DNA from: Sphyrna mokarran
Lineage: Eukaryota
Direction of reading: 5' to 3'
Length of the DNA: 64,000 nucleotides
NCBI GenBank assembly: GCA_024679065.1
Contig: JAGIQG010000006.1
Location: 75,640,001 to 75,704,000, forward strand
Shown here piece after piece: positions 25,753-37,619 of this stretch. Numbering within the stretch: position 1 is the stretch's first letter; the number at the start of each line of letters is the position of its first letter. The notes under the pieces are model-generated. The model searched no databases. It was not told the DNA's origin and worked only from the letters and a program-made list of their open reading frames with translations. The position numbers and the translations under genes were made by a program.

Positions 25753-28727
25753 TATTTTTTCCATGGTATTTAATAGATCTGAAGGAGGAATCTCTTCAAC
25801 AAGTTTCTTTCAAAAGTCGAAGAATAATCAATGCATTTCCCCCACCCCACACCCTGAAGTCAATCAAATTCCAGTTGGTACAAGCAAACCTCTTGATGAT
25901 TTTGCAGTATTCCCACTTGATGTATAGAAAGAAGGTCTTGCTTTCCTATATAAGCTTTGAAGTCCTCAGAATTCCCTCAAACTCTTTGTAACCAATTAAA
26001 TATTTGTGAAGTATAATCACTGTAGGGTCAGAGGAGGAAACAAGGTAGCCAAATCCTACAGAGTCTGACAGAACCTGATTTTTTTTTTAAATGATGGTGG
26101 CTGATGGATAAAAATATTGACCAGGACACTGAGGGAAAGCTCCCCCGTTTTTCTTTTAAATGATTTCATGAAACCTTTCAAGTCCATCTGAGAAAGCAGA
26201 TAAGCTCTTGGTTTAAAATCTCATCTAAAAGACAAGAGCTTTGATGGTGTGCTAATCACTCAGTACTCCAGATAGTTAACACAGATTCTTTATTGAATTC
26301 AAGGGAATGGTGCTTGAGCGTAGAATTTTCAGAGTTGGGAATGCAGTGGTGGAACATTGGAATTACTAATGTTCCAATCCATTTAATTGATTCTTCCCTA
26401 AGCATTGTGCCAATTCTATGTTGACAGTCAAATTATGGATAGGTTTCTGAAATTTTTAAATGTTAAAAAAAAAATCATTCCGTCTGATTAATATTAAGGT
26501 GTTTGATTTTGTTCCATCCATATTTGTTAACCGCTGGAGGTTTTATTGTTTTATTTTGAATGATGATATCGCAAGTGGAAGTATGAGCTGAGCAATGTAT
26601 TGTGACCAACATTGTGAGAATTGAAATGTCGTCAGTTGAGACACAATCATTAACCCAAAAGAACTTCAGCATGAAGTTGTCTTCTTCTTCTCATCCATTG
26701 AGTGGTGCATAAAGCAGATTTCATTTGTTTCCATAGCTAGTAATCCATGCAGCAGGTCTCTCGCCAGGGGTTTATAGCTTGAGACATCAAACGTGGCTGA
26801 CCAGGAGTTTCTCTTGCTCTTACTGCCAGTCATTGGTGAGTCTGCAAGGAATTACAGGTTGACACACTGAATCCACTTGACTGCGATCTGAACGCACCTT
26901 TCTCAGCCATCAAGTCCCAAGGTGGGATTTGAACACAGAGCTATTGGCTCAGAGGCAGGAATGCTACCTACTGCATGAAGTGCATATGCTAATTCAGTTT
27001 GGGAGGTTTTCCAACCAGATAATCCCAATAATAAATCCAAATTCATCATTTCCACAAAAATATTTAGGTATAGCTGAACAAAAAGAGTGTATGGTCAATC
27101 AAAATTCTTTTGCAATGACTTGCTAACATTCAGAAAGGATTTCAAATCTCAGCTAGGAAGCCTGCACAGAGAGCGGTTAGTGGTTGCTGACCAACTGACT
27201 GCCTGAAAAGGGCACAAACAGGCAGCTGTATAGATTCCTGTATTCTGAACATTGGGCAGCCTGGTGGCCACCCACAGGAGCTCAGTTGTGGGGAAGGATT
27301 CAGATGAGTCAGTTGGGTAGGAAGCGGAGTGCTCAGGGACCACCTGGACTTCCTGAAACCACAAGGAAAAGTTTAAATCTTAACTTACTGCATCTATTTT
27401 TTCGATCATTTTTCTCTGAACTGGAAAGACACAGAGGGTGGCTCGCTCAATTAGTGGTTAAAATGCAATCAAGTCCTATGTCCATTATTCCTATTAATTA
27501 TAACTAGTTATTAAAATGGTCTGGTGTCTCTCTGCAGCATTCAAGTGGACTGCCTGCACAGGCGAACCTGCTGCCAGACCTGTTGAGTATTTCCTACATT
27601 CTCTGTTTTGGTATTGGATTTTCAGCATCTGCCATGATTTGCTTTTGTTGAGGAATATTGCTGGCTTCCACCCTTGGAATTAAAATTTCTCATCTAGTTT
27701 GTATTTTTTAATTCAGGTTTTAAATATTTCAAGACCCATTTATATTATTAAAATTACTAAAACCTTTGTTCAAGGTCATTTGTTAATCTGTAATCGCAGC
27801 AGATAGTGTTAACTTTGATTGGTGCTGGTTAAATAAACTTATTGCCTCCAGGAAGTGGCAATAATTTTGAATGAATAAGCACTTGGCGGGGGTCAGTGTG
27901 AATCTCACTGGAAAAAAGACCATCAAAAGGCATTTGAATTAACCCTTAGATTAACCAACCATCATGCTGCTGTGAGCAACAAATCAATTAAAGAGCATCA
28001 GAGTCTCAGCAATAGTGGACAGGTGGCGATCAAAACTTTAAGTTGTACTTGTTTTGAATATCTGGTTTTGCTAGTCAATACCTTTTCATAAGATCAGCTA
28101 CAAATATTAGTTTAGTGTTAGAGTGTATGTTTCATCTAATCAAGTTCAATTCTGGGTCAGAAGTATGTTTTAATGTGTCATCTTATCTCAAATGGTAATA
28201 CTCATGGTCCAAAGATGTTTAAACTTGAGTCTGTACCAAGATAGGGTTTATAATCCAGGCTGAGATTGTAGAGGAGTATTGCATTGCCAGTGGGCAGTTG
28301 TTATACCAATGTTCAGGTTGTTATTAAAGACACCAAGGCATAATTCAAACAAAAGCACTGAACCTATTTGAAATTCTGGTTAACATCTCTTCCTCAACCA
28401 TGAACAGAACAGATTAAGTAACTATTAATTTCATTGCTCTTTGTGAGGTGTTGCTGACACTGAATGATAATGCATGTGTCCACATAATCAATCCACCTCA
28501 AATGTATGCATTTGCATTACATGAAAATTGTTTTATGATTTTTCAAAATTAAAAGGCACAACATGCAAATAATAACAATGTTTGTAATAATATTACAGTA
28601 GAGGAATAGATGACATATGTGCCTGTGCAACAAATATCCAGAGTAATGCACTGTAGCAATCACATTTCCTGTGCTTGATCATGGTTGTAAAACCCATTTA
28701 ATCAAATTGTACACATAAGCAGTTTAT

Positions 28728-28742
28728 CCACTAGATGGAGCA
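28728..28742 (+). promoter_or_regulatory. CTCF-like binding motif
   Basis: ccactagatggagca matches the CTCF core CCACYAGRKGGCRS closely; lies in non-repetitive-looking intronic DNA. Confidence 0.5.
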
Positions 28743-29809
28743 TTAATTAGGCAGCCGTTAGTGCTTTAGAGGATGCTCATGTTTGTTTAATACTTGTTAG
28801 ATTAAATGTGACATTGGTGAATCCATGTTGCCTGCTTTTCACTGATGAAAGGACAAGTTGAGACTCACCAATTCTTTTATTTCTTCTATCAAAAGCCATG
28901 TTAATTTTTTTAGTACAGGTTACAGTAAAATACTATATTAGTCACATTGTCCCTAACAATTTTTTGTGGGGCTTCTCCTTTTAAGCTAAATACAACCTGA
29001 ACAATATTGCAGAGGCAAGCAATTCCCTCTCATAGAAAATTACAGACAATTTTCTATTAGAAAATTTGATTCCTTTAATTCCTAAAATATTTTGTATTTT
29101 AAAAATTAGACCCCCGTTTGCCAAAAATATGACCATCAATTCCATGTGCAGAGTAAATTTGTGTAACTTTTTCTTGTGTTTGTTGAAATCAGCAGTTTCC
29201 GTCCATGAACTTATGAGATTATCTGATTCAAGGATTGACAGTTTGTGAAAATGGAGAAATCTGATCTATTTGCAATCCCATCTATTTCTGTATCATAAAA
29301 CTGTTACAAAAGAAAAATTCATCTGTATCAATAAAAATCTTTGGTGGATTTTATACCCAATCACACCTGGTGGGAACATTGCAACTAGAGGTTTAAGATG
29401 GCAGGGAGGAATTGCTCTGTATTCCTCACATGTCCTCCCATACCATTTTATCTGACCTGAAGTTAGAAGTAGAAATAATAAAGGAAATTTCCTGCCCCAG
29501 TGGCAATGTCCCCAGAGCTGTATCTACCTTGCTGGAGATGGTTTCTGTAGGTTCCAAGTAGTGGCTTGACAGATTCCATCTGATCCTCAACAACTCTCAT
29601 TTCTTATCACTTATGTGCTATTTAATGGCCACTTAAGTACCACACCTCAACATCATCGTTATTTTTTTTCTGTGGCAGGGGGAGATCCATGCCAGGTGAG
29701 GAGCCTGATAGCTTTAACTGAGTGAACTGGTATTGGACAAATGCCTGGGAACCTCCTCTGGAGTCTCCTGTGCCAATTGGAGCCATCGCCATGCCCCACC
29801 AAGGTCATA

Positions 29810-30125
29810 GAGTCATAGCAGTTTACAGCAAGTTTCAGCTCCACTTGTCTATACCGCCCTTTTTTTTAAACCACTAAGCCACTCCTAATTGTCCACATTT
29901 GGCCCATATCCCTCTATATGCATCTTGCCCATGTAATTGTCAAAATGCTTTTTAGTCAAAATTGTATCTGCCTCTGCTACTATCTTTGGCAGCTTGTTCC
30001 AGAAACTCACCATTCTCTGAGTGAAAAAAAAAATGCCCCTCTGGACCCTTTTGTATCTCTCCCCTCTCACTTTAAACACATGTCCTCTTGCTTTAGATTC
30101 CCATACCTTTAGAAAAAGATGTTTA
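29810..30125 (-). mobile_element. CR1-type LINE 3' end
   Basis: Minus ORF SKARGHVFKVRGERYKRVQRGIFFFTQRMVSFWNKLP. Confidence 0.85.
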
Positions 30126-31937
30126 CTACAAAGTTGATCCATCACTCTTTAACTCTGCTCCCTGGCCTATCAAATCTGACCCTCCATTCTGTCATCCCCT
30201 TTGCAGGGACATTATTTCTCAATATCTTTTCCTTAATTGAAGAAAGTTTGTCAAAGAGTCAACATCAATAATGTGGGATGCAATCTTGATGATAAGTCAA
30301 ATCATATTAAGAGGTTGCCAGGAGATGACACGTGACATGGGTTTCGACTACCTAGAGATAATATGAGGGAGGATGACAGAGTGAGATAGAAAACTCCAAT
30401 GTTTGAAGTCCTGGGATAGTAGAGTGTGGAGGTTGAGGGGAAAGAAAACATGTAGCAAGGCACATTTCAATTTCAAAGGCACAAGACAGGAAAAGACAAA
30501 GGAGCGACAACCGTAGTCAATCAATAAAGTACAAGAAGTCAAGATTATAATGGAGACAGGATTCATGATGAGTCTTAAATTTGAAATCAGGAATATCAGC
30601 TGCTGTAAATCCAGAGTCCAAAATATCACAAACACTTACATGTAAGAGATTTTGAAAATTCAGTGTGACTCTCACAATGCTGCATCTATCAGCTCCAAAA
30701 GCGAAAAAACCTTGCAGGAATTTCCATCCATTGATATTAATAAATAGGAAAAGCTGTTTGGGAGGCCTAATCTGTGTGGTAGATTCCTATTGCTGCTGTT
30801 GGCACACAAAATTTTAAACTGAAAGAGTAATAATCTTTAGTATCAAAGGGCTTTCTGGAAATTGGTGTTTCTAGCAGTTGTATGGCAGTCCTAATGAAGG
30901 GCCTCTTCCAGAAAATGACTTGTGCTCTTAATGTCTTTGAAAAACATTGTCAAAAAGATATTCAGTTGTTCTGTCTGTAATCGTGCGCAAGTATTAGCAA
31001 AAAATTTATCCATTGCTGTCACTGAATACTGGATAGTGGGTACTGCAATTCACAGAGCTGGAGCATGGAGTTTGGTTTTTTGAAGTTATAGAGATAATTT
31101 AGCTAACAATGAATGAACCATTTTGCTTCAAAATTGTTTCATGTTTGTATTTATCATTTTCTATATTGACTTTTAGTAACTCAAGTTTAATCCAAATGAA
31201 ACAATCAGCAAAACTGAAGCAGCATGTCCCATTTTAAGCCATTTAAATTAATTCAGGGTGAACATGTGGGGCTCACCATGCTTTTCTTTAAGAATATTCA
31301 GTGAAAAAGTAGTGCAATTTTAGACTCTGCTGTTGTTCTCCAAGGCAGTGTACGTCTGTCCTGCCTTTCAGCATGCTCTGGAGTCCAGTCTTCCTCGCCT
31401 TGCAACATTGCAGAGACTTTCATACTCAGCAGGGAAAGTTAGTATGTGGCATTGGCAGCTGACTAAAGTAGAATGATGGCATGAGCATATTGCTTCAAAT
31501 CTAGGATGTCTTAAGAGAAACACTGTAAATGATTTCTGCTAAAACAACCAAAATAAATGGCTAGGATTTTCTTCTCACAATTGTACCTTAAAGTTGACAA
31601 GATCTCTGCATAGAATATGGAAACTGAGGAATTCTGCTGTCTCACTATTCTCATCACAAAGCAGGTGGTAGCAGCAATGAGGCACTTCCAAACTTCTAAC
31701 AGATAACCCTCATAACCATATCAGTTACCTTTGCTATCCCAAGCGAGGTAATAGTGGGCCCTAGGCAGACAGATAATGATGCTGGGTACCTACAAGTCAG
31801 CCAACCTTACCAGCTTCAGCTTAGCCTTAGCTCAGTGGCAATACTCTCTCTTCTATGTCAGGAAGCTGTCAGGATGAAAAACTTTATGTTGACCCTCCAT
31901 TGTTCCACTCTGGCAGTGTTGAACTGTCAGAGAGTTT

Positions 31938-32073
31938 GGCAAGAATTCTCCAATCTTGTACGCACTGCCACCGTTGCCAGCGAGAATACAGAATTTGGCG
32001 CTCAGCCAAAACTCCATTCACTGTAGAGGGACAGGAGAATCCCAGCCGCAGGCAAGGTTGGAGAATTCCAGCC
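31938..32073. mobile_element. 136-bp MITE with ~21-bp TIRs
   Basis: ggcaagaattctccaatcttg vs caaggttggagaattccagcc; a related truncated copy lies at ~34424-34533. Confidence 0.75.
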
Positions 32074-32464
32074 ATCATTTTTCAGATAAGCATTATAGTA
32101 AGGCCTCATCTATCTTTTACACTTTAGGCTGTTGTGAAAGATAAGAGTGGGATTTTCCAGCCCTCACTCGCCTCAAAACTGGAAAGTCCCACCAGAGGTC
32201 AACGGATCTTTGTAAGGTCTGCACCATCTGCCCATTACAATTTCCATGCTGGCAAGATGAAAAAATTCTCCCTAAGTCTTTCTTTCTGTTCTATTCCTGT
32301 GCAGTACCACAGGGATTTCACAGTTGGAGAGTTCCCTGTTGGTAGCACGAGTTTCCAATAGGCCAGTGAGTAAATGCAACTTACTTGACGCCAGGTTAAA
32401 AAGATCAAGATTCCAGGTTTAACCCATGGTCTGTGTTAAATTAGCTGATCTCTGTCAAAATGGT

Positions 32465-32805
32465 GTTGTTGTGTAGAACTGGGTAAACACGAAGAAGTCT
32501 CACAACAGCAGGTTAAAGAGATTTATTTGGTAGCAAATGCCACCAGCTTTCAGGCTTCGGAGATACACATCTCTTTAACCTATGCTTAATGCTATCTCCA
32601 CTCACATTGTTTGCACCTTTAAGACTTGATTAGCTGTAAAGACTCATATTCTAACCAGTATTCTGTAAACTGAGTGTATCCCTTTATATGCCCTGTTTGT
32701 GATCATAACTCCCCACTCACTTGACAAAGGGGCAAAGCCTCGAAAGTTAGTGATACTTGCTACTGAATAAATCTGTTGGATTTTAACCTGGTGTTGTGAG
32801 ACTTA
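32465..32805. mobile_element. Penelope-like relic with inverted termini and degenerate hammerhead
   Basis: aagtctcacaacagcaggttaaa ... tttaacctggtgttgtgagactt; cactcacttgacaaaggggcaaagcctcgaaagttagtg. Confidence 0.7.
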
Positions 32806-33733
32806 AAACAGTGTTGGACAGGGCAATTGGCAACAAGGTTCTTTTCACTCATTACTATTCAGTAACTCCTGCTGGAAACTGTATATATTTGGAAATTTAT
32901 TAATAACAAGATCAGACTCAACTATGTTGATTCCATAATTCAGTAGGGTGGGCCAAAGCTCATGTGGAGCATAAATACCATCATCAAAGAATCAGGCTGA
33001 CTGGGCTTTCTCTGTGCTTAAAGTTAATGTCTGTTGACATTCATGTGTTCAGGTTCCAACATAAAGTCTGACTACTTGACTGAGGTTATAACTTCCATAA
33101 AGCCAGCCTAATCTGCCTTCAGGAAATGTGGGAAGAAAATTTGGGAAGAAATATCAGGAATCGGTGAGGTTGGGATGCTTAACATATTTGTAGAGTTGAA
33201 CAGTTAGCCCATGTTAATGTGTTAATCAATTATTATGAGTAAACTAAAGAATCATTAAAATGATTGGTGATTTATTCAGCATTAAGCCTTGTTGCAGACA
33301 TTCATTCAAAAAATATTCATTCAAATTCTTTAAACATTACCATGTTTAGTTTTGAAAGGTGAAAAATGATTTACAAAATGGGCACTCAGCAAAGAAAGTA
33401 CAGATTCTAATTTGCCATAGAGACTTTGGTTTTATTTAAAGCATTTTGTTTGTTATAATTTCTGAGTTTGATTTGCCTTAAGTCCATTTCTGCAGCATTG
33501 AGCATTTTTCTGTGAGCACTCAAACCAGATTATAGAAATCCGGATGCACCCAGTGTTGCAGAATTTATACGAAAAGTCCAGAAGCCCATATCTTTATCTC
33601 TCTGTTTATTCACAGAAAGAAATGCACATATCTTTGGAGGGAGGGCATGGGGTGAATGGAAAATTAAACCTTTTCACTATCTAGTGAAAAGTTTTGCAGC
33701 CTATCTTCATTTTTCTTTTGTTAAATTTTATAG

Positions 33734-33762
33734 GAAGACAACGGCATATTGTGGAATGGTGA
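33734..33762 (+). CDS. Candidate alternative terminal exon (coding part) of a truncated, kinase-less TrkB isoform: G-RQRHIVEW*
   Basis: Long U-rich tract and tag| acceptor (tcttcatttttcttttgttaaattttatag); in phase 1 with the TM exon it gives a 9-aa tail then TGA; followed by non-repetitive AT-rich UTR-like sequence and a polyA signal. Confidence 0.45.
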
Positions 33763-34096
33763 AACAAGTGGAGAAGGCTGTCATGCAGATTTGATTTTAA
33801 GGAAATGTACCAAAAGGGATACTGCCTCTTTAATTGCATGTCTAAAGTGAGCTCTAAGTGCTAAAACGAATTACACATTTGACTTCATTATTGTTGCTCC
33901 ACTGCACTTCTTTTTGATGGGTCAACTCAATGCTACATTGCAAGGGTTATAATTAAAGTAATGGCCCATAAGGCTCGCTGGATATGTTCTTCTCATGATT
34001 CAGAGCAGTCTTGGATATAAAGTAACTTTCTAAATTTCATGTCATTAGGTTTTAATTATTTTGTTTTTGTTTTGTTATTTTAATTGAAATGCTACC

Positions 34097-34135
34097 AATA
34101 AAACAATGGTACCTTTTTGTTTTGGTTGTATTTTA
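34097..34135 (+). promoter_or_regulatory. Candidate polyadenylation signal with downstream U/GU-rich element
   Basis: AATAAA at 34097-34102 followed ~10-30 nt later by tttttgttttggttgtatttt; U-rich upstream sequence. Confidence 0.45.
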
Positions 34136-35310
34136 TCATTTATTCTATTTTGTTTGGAGCTACAACTGATTCCACCTTCTGGAATATGATTATGACCTTA
34201 TCATTTGAAATTCTTGTGTTCTTTTTGTTGCTGTATGTATATTTTATTATGTATAAAAGATTGAATCGTTGGATTTTAAAAAAAATGTAATTTTCAGACA
34301 CAAAAAATAATATAGAATAGACTAAGTACTGAAAAATTGACAATATCACTCCATTCTCCTCTTCATCAGAGGTTATTATAAACACAAAAGTTCAAAAGCA
34401 TCTAATTTATGATATTAATACATGGGCCAGAATTCTCGAGTCTTGCATGGCCTGCCACTGCTGGCAGAGAAAATGGAAAACTTGCACTTAGACAAATCTC
34501 TCTTCATAGCAGCGAGACTGGAGAATCCCAGGCATTTTTTTTGTCAAATAGAAGAGGATAGGAGATTAGTCCCTTGTTTGAAAAAAATCATTTAATCTCA
34601 GAATCCTATCTGCTCCCTAAGCGATTTCCCTGTTTGAGTCTGAAACAGTAATTAATGTCACCAAGCTAAGCAATTTTGTTGTAGGTTCAGATGCTGCTAT
34701 GGTTTTTGTAATGAAATTGTTAAACATGCTGTGCTTTTGACAAGCGACTGTGCACTGATGATGTGATTTTCATTCCAAACAAGCATAACCTTCTGTACAA
34801 GATAAAATTCAAAGCCACATCCAGTTCATTAACTGAGAAAGGAACGCACCAACTATGACGGATCTTTTTTTTTCTCGTTTTAAGAAGAGGTGAGCCTGAA
34901 CCATGTTTCCTGCCCTTGCCCTCACCCAATCAATCAGTAGCTGAACAAGTGCAAGGAAATGGCTATTGAACCCTCCGCTGGAAACCATGAAAATAATAGC
35001 TCTCGTTGAGCTGCATGGAAATCTTTCTTTTTAATGGTGCACCTCACTAAATGCCTCTCACTGTGTGCTCAGTTATTCTGTGCCAACATTGCATAGGTCA
35101 TTCTTTTCTTGGCAACGTAATAAAGCAAAGGATATTGTCCCTCAATTATTATTTATAAAGTATATTGCTACACTTCCTGGGTCATTTTACTCTTTTTTTT
35201 TATGCATGCATGCTTGGTATCATATAATTTGGCATACAGAACTAAAATGTTACCTCACTGGAAACCAAGTAGTCTGACAGATAAAAACAAGTATTTTTAA
35301 TTCTTTTTAG

Positions 35311-35328
35311 CTTGTGATGAAATCAGAG
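35311..35328 (+). CDS. Candidate 18-nt in-frame cassette microexon (A-CDEIR-G) in the intracellular juxtamembrane region
   Basis: ttttaattctttttag|CTTGTGATGAAATCAGAG|gtaatt; symmetric and open in phase 1; overlapping TGCATG pair ~100 nt upstream. Confidence 0.3.
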
Positions 35329-37619
35329 GTAATTGAGAGAAAATATTACAGAAGAGTTCACACGTTCTTTTCTTCGTGACAGAGAAATCGATTTTTAAAG
35401 TGGAGATTTTCAAAAAGAATTTAATTCTCGCCCCTCCATCGACATGAGAGCTGGCAGCAATCGAAAAACAGCTGTTATCAGGAGACCTGTCTCGTTTAAA
35501 TTCAAATCAGGCATTCAGTTGGCTGTCATTTGAGTTCCAGACTCATGAGAGGAGAATTTCCTGTTGGAATTTCTCCTCCAGGATGGATGTGCTGCCTCTG
35601 ATAGCTGATGGTCAGGTCACTTTTCAGTACTGGCAACACCACTAGGAGCATTGCCCCGTGCTGTTACTGCAATGAACCCAAGGCTGGAGCCCTGGAATAC
35701 AAGTAAGTTGGCACAGAATTTTCAGGGCTAGTCAGACAACCATGGGGGAAAGGAGCAGTGTAAAGGACTGGGTTGTGTCTTCCTGTTGGTCCCTCCCTTA
35801 CCATCAATGGATCCCTCTGGGCACTAGGTGCCTGAGAAGGAGATATCTGCCCTCAAACAAACCATAGACATGCTCATCAGGGTTTACCTGGCAGTTTGCC
35901 CACATGGTGTGATCTCCACATACTATTCATAGATCATTAGCAATTGTGATTTGTGGGCTGTGATTAAATTGTGATTAAATGACTGCATAAGTAGTCCTTA
36001 AGCGGTCATTTAAAGGCCTCAACTGGCCTGAGGTTTAAAAAAAAACTATTTTTTGATTCTTCCAACCCCTGAATTAATGAGGGAGTAAGGTGGGGGGAGC
36101 AATTGACAAGGCAATGTGGTCTCCAACCGGACCTTCCTTTCCTATTATACAGCCCCCTATTGCAGCTCCTAACCCCCTCTTGGACACAGCATTAAATCCT
36201 GCTCTTCATCTTATAAAGTGCTTCTGAGGACACAGTAGTAACATAATGGTTTGTGTTTCATATCACAACAACATTCAATTAAAAGGAAAGTCTAAAAATC
36301 TATCGTGGTCGGTCTAGATAAAACTATTCATGTATTTTAGCATCTGCTCAACTATGAATAAATTGTCTGTATCGAAGCATCCTGTCTTCCGTTTGAAAAT
36401 TCAAGGACAGAGCATCTGCCCCACATCTGCAGCTTTAAGTGAAGGAGCAGATTTTGGGAAAGAAAGAAGTTGATTCAGTGTTGTTCTGTTTGATTGCGCT
36501 TTTCATTTTCCTATTAATATTCTTCATGAGTTTTTTCTGAGGGGTGAAACTCCCCCATTATGTTTCATTTGGACAGGAATCAAGTAGCTTTGTGGTGGGG
36601 GAAATGGCTATGCATGTGTGAATGTGGCTGGCTACTAAAGTGTGGGAGAGGAGCTTGTTGCAGGATTAGGAACTGGCAATGAGAGGGGCAAGAAGGACAA
36701 CTTTTATAATGAATTTGAGTTTGTCAGCACTGATGGTGGCCACCTCTTCAAATAAAATGTGTCTCTCTCACCCTTCACACTTTTCCTTCTGGGAATAGTC
36801 CTGAATAATACATGTTTTCAAATAAAATCAAGCATCTATTTATCAGCGAAAAACAAAAACTTCAATGTTTTCTGTGCTTGGCTTGAGGCTCTTGTTCCTT
36901 TCCGAAGATTACGGAATACCCCTGGACACAATAAAGACCGAATCTTTTCACACAAATTTCTTTTCCGCTGCGAGTATCCCTAGATTAGTTAAGCCTTCTT
37001 TTGAACAGCCAGGAAACCTATTCATGCCAATAGTGCACAAAAAAAAATTTTTTAACGAGTACCTGACAAGAACAAGGATGAATAGAACAGAGCATGGATG
37101 GTAGCAGTTTGGAATATAAAATTAAACTACTGATGATGAGTGAAAAAAAGTATTTTGTTATTGGTGGTGAAGTTGTGAGGGGTGCACAGCTGTTTAAACT
37201 GCTATACAATGGTAGAGTAATCCAACATAAAAAATGTCCATGAATGTTCCCTTCCACACATTTTCTTGTACCTCTTGTTATTTTTTACAGTTTTTATAAC
37301 ACACTGCAAATTTCATTTTATTGCCCTTGGCAGTATTAATGTCAATGAAAGTCTTGGTCTTCATGGAACAGGAAAACAAACTTTGCTACTTTGTCCTGGC
37401 TTTACTTTCTTTTTTCACAACTCTATTGTTTCTACATTGCTAAGTAGCATCAGTGCCACAATTCACAATGTGGATGTTAAGGATTCATAAGTACGCAGAA
37501 TGCAGCGTGGGACCACAAAGGCCCCTTCACTTGATTCCTTCCCTATAACAAACAATATGTGCTCATTACACTTTTTTTGGAGGTCAGTAAGTTAACGTTC
37601 TGAGGGTGAGAAACTGGGC

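Noticed and set aside
28070-28100. ttttcataagatc resembling the TrkB-T1 FHKI codons
   Set aside because: No suitable in-frame acceptor, and the flanking codons do not give GFVL..PLDG*
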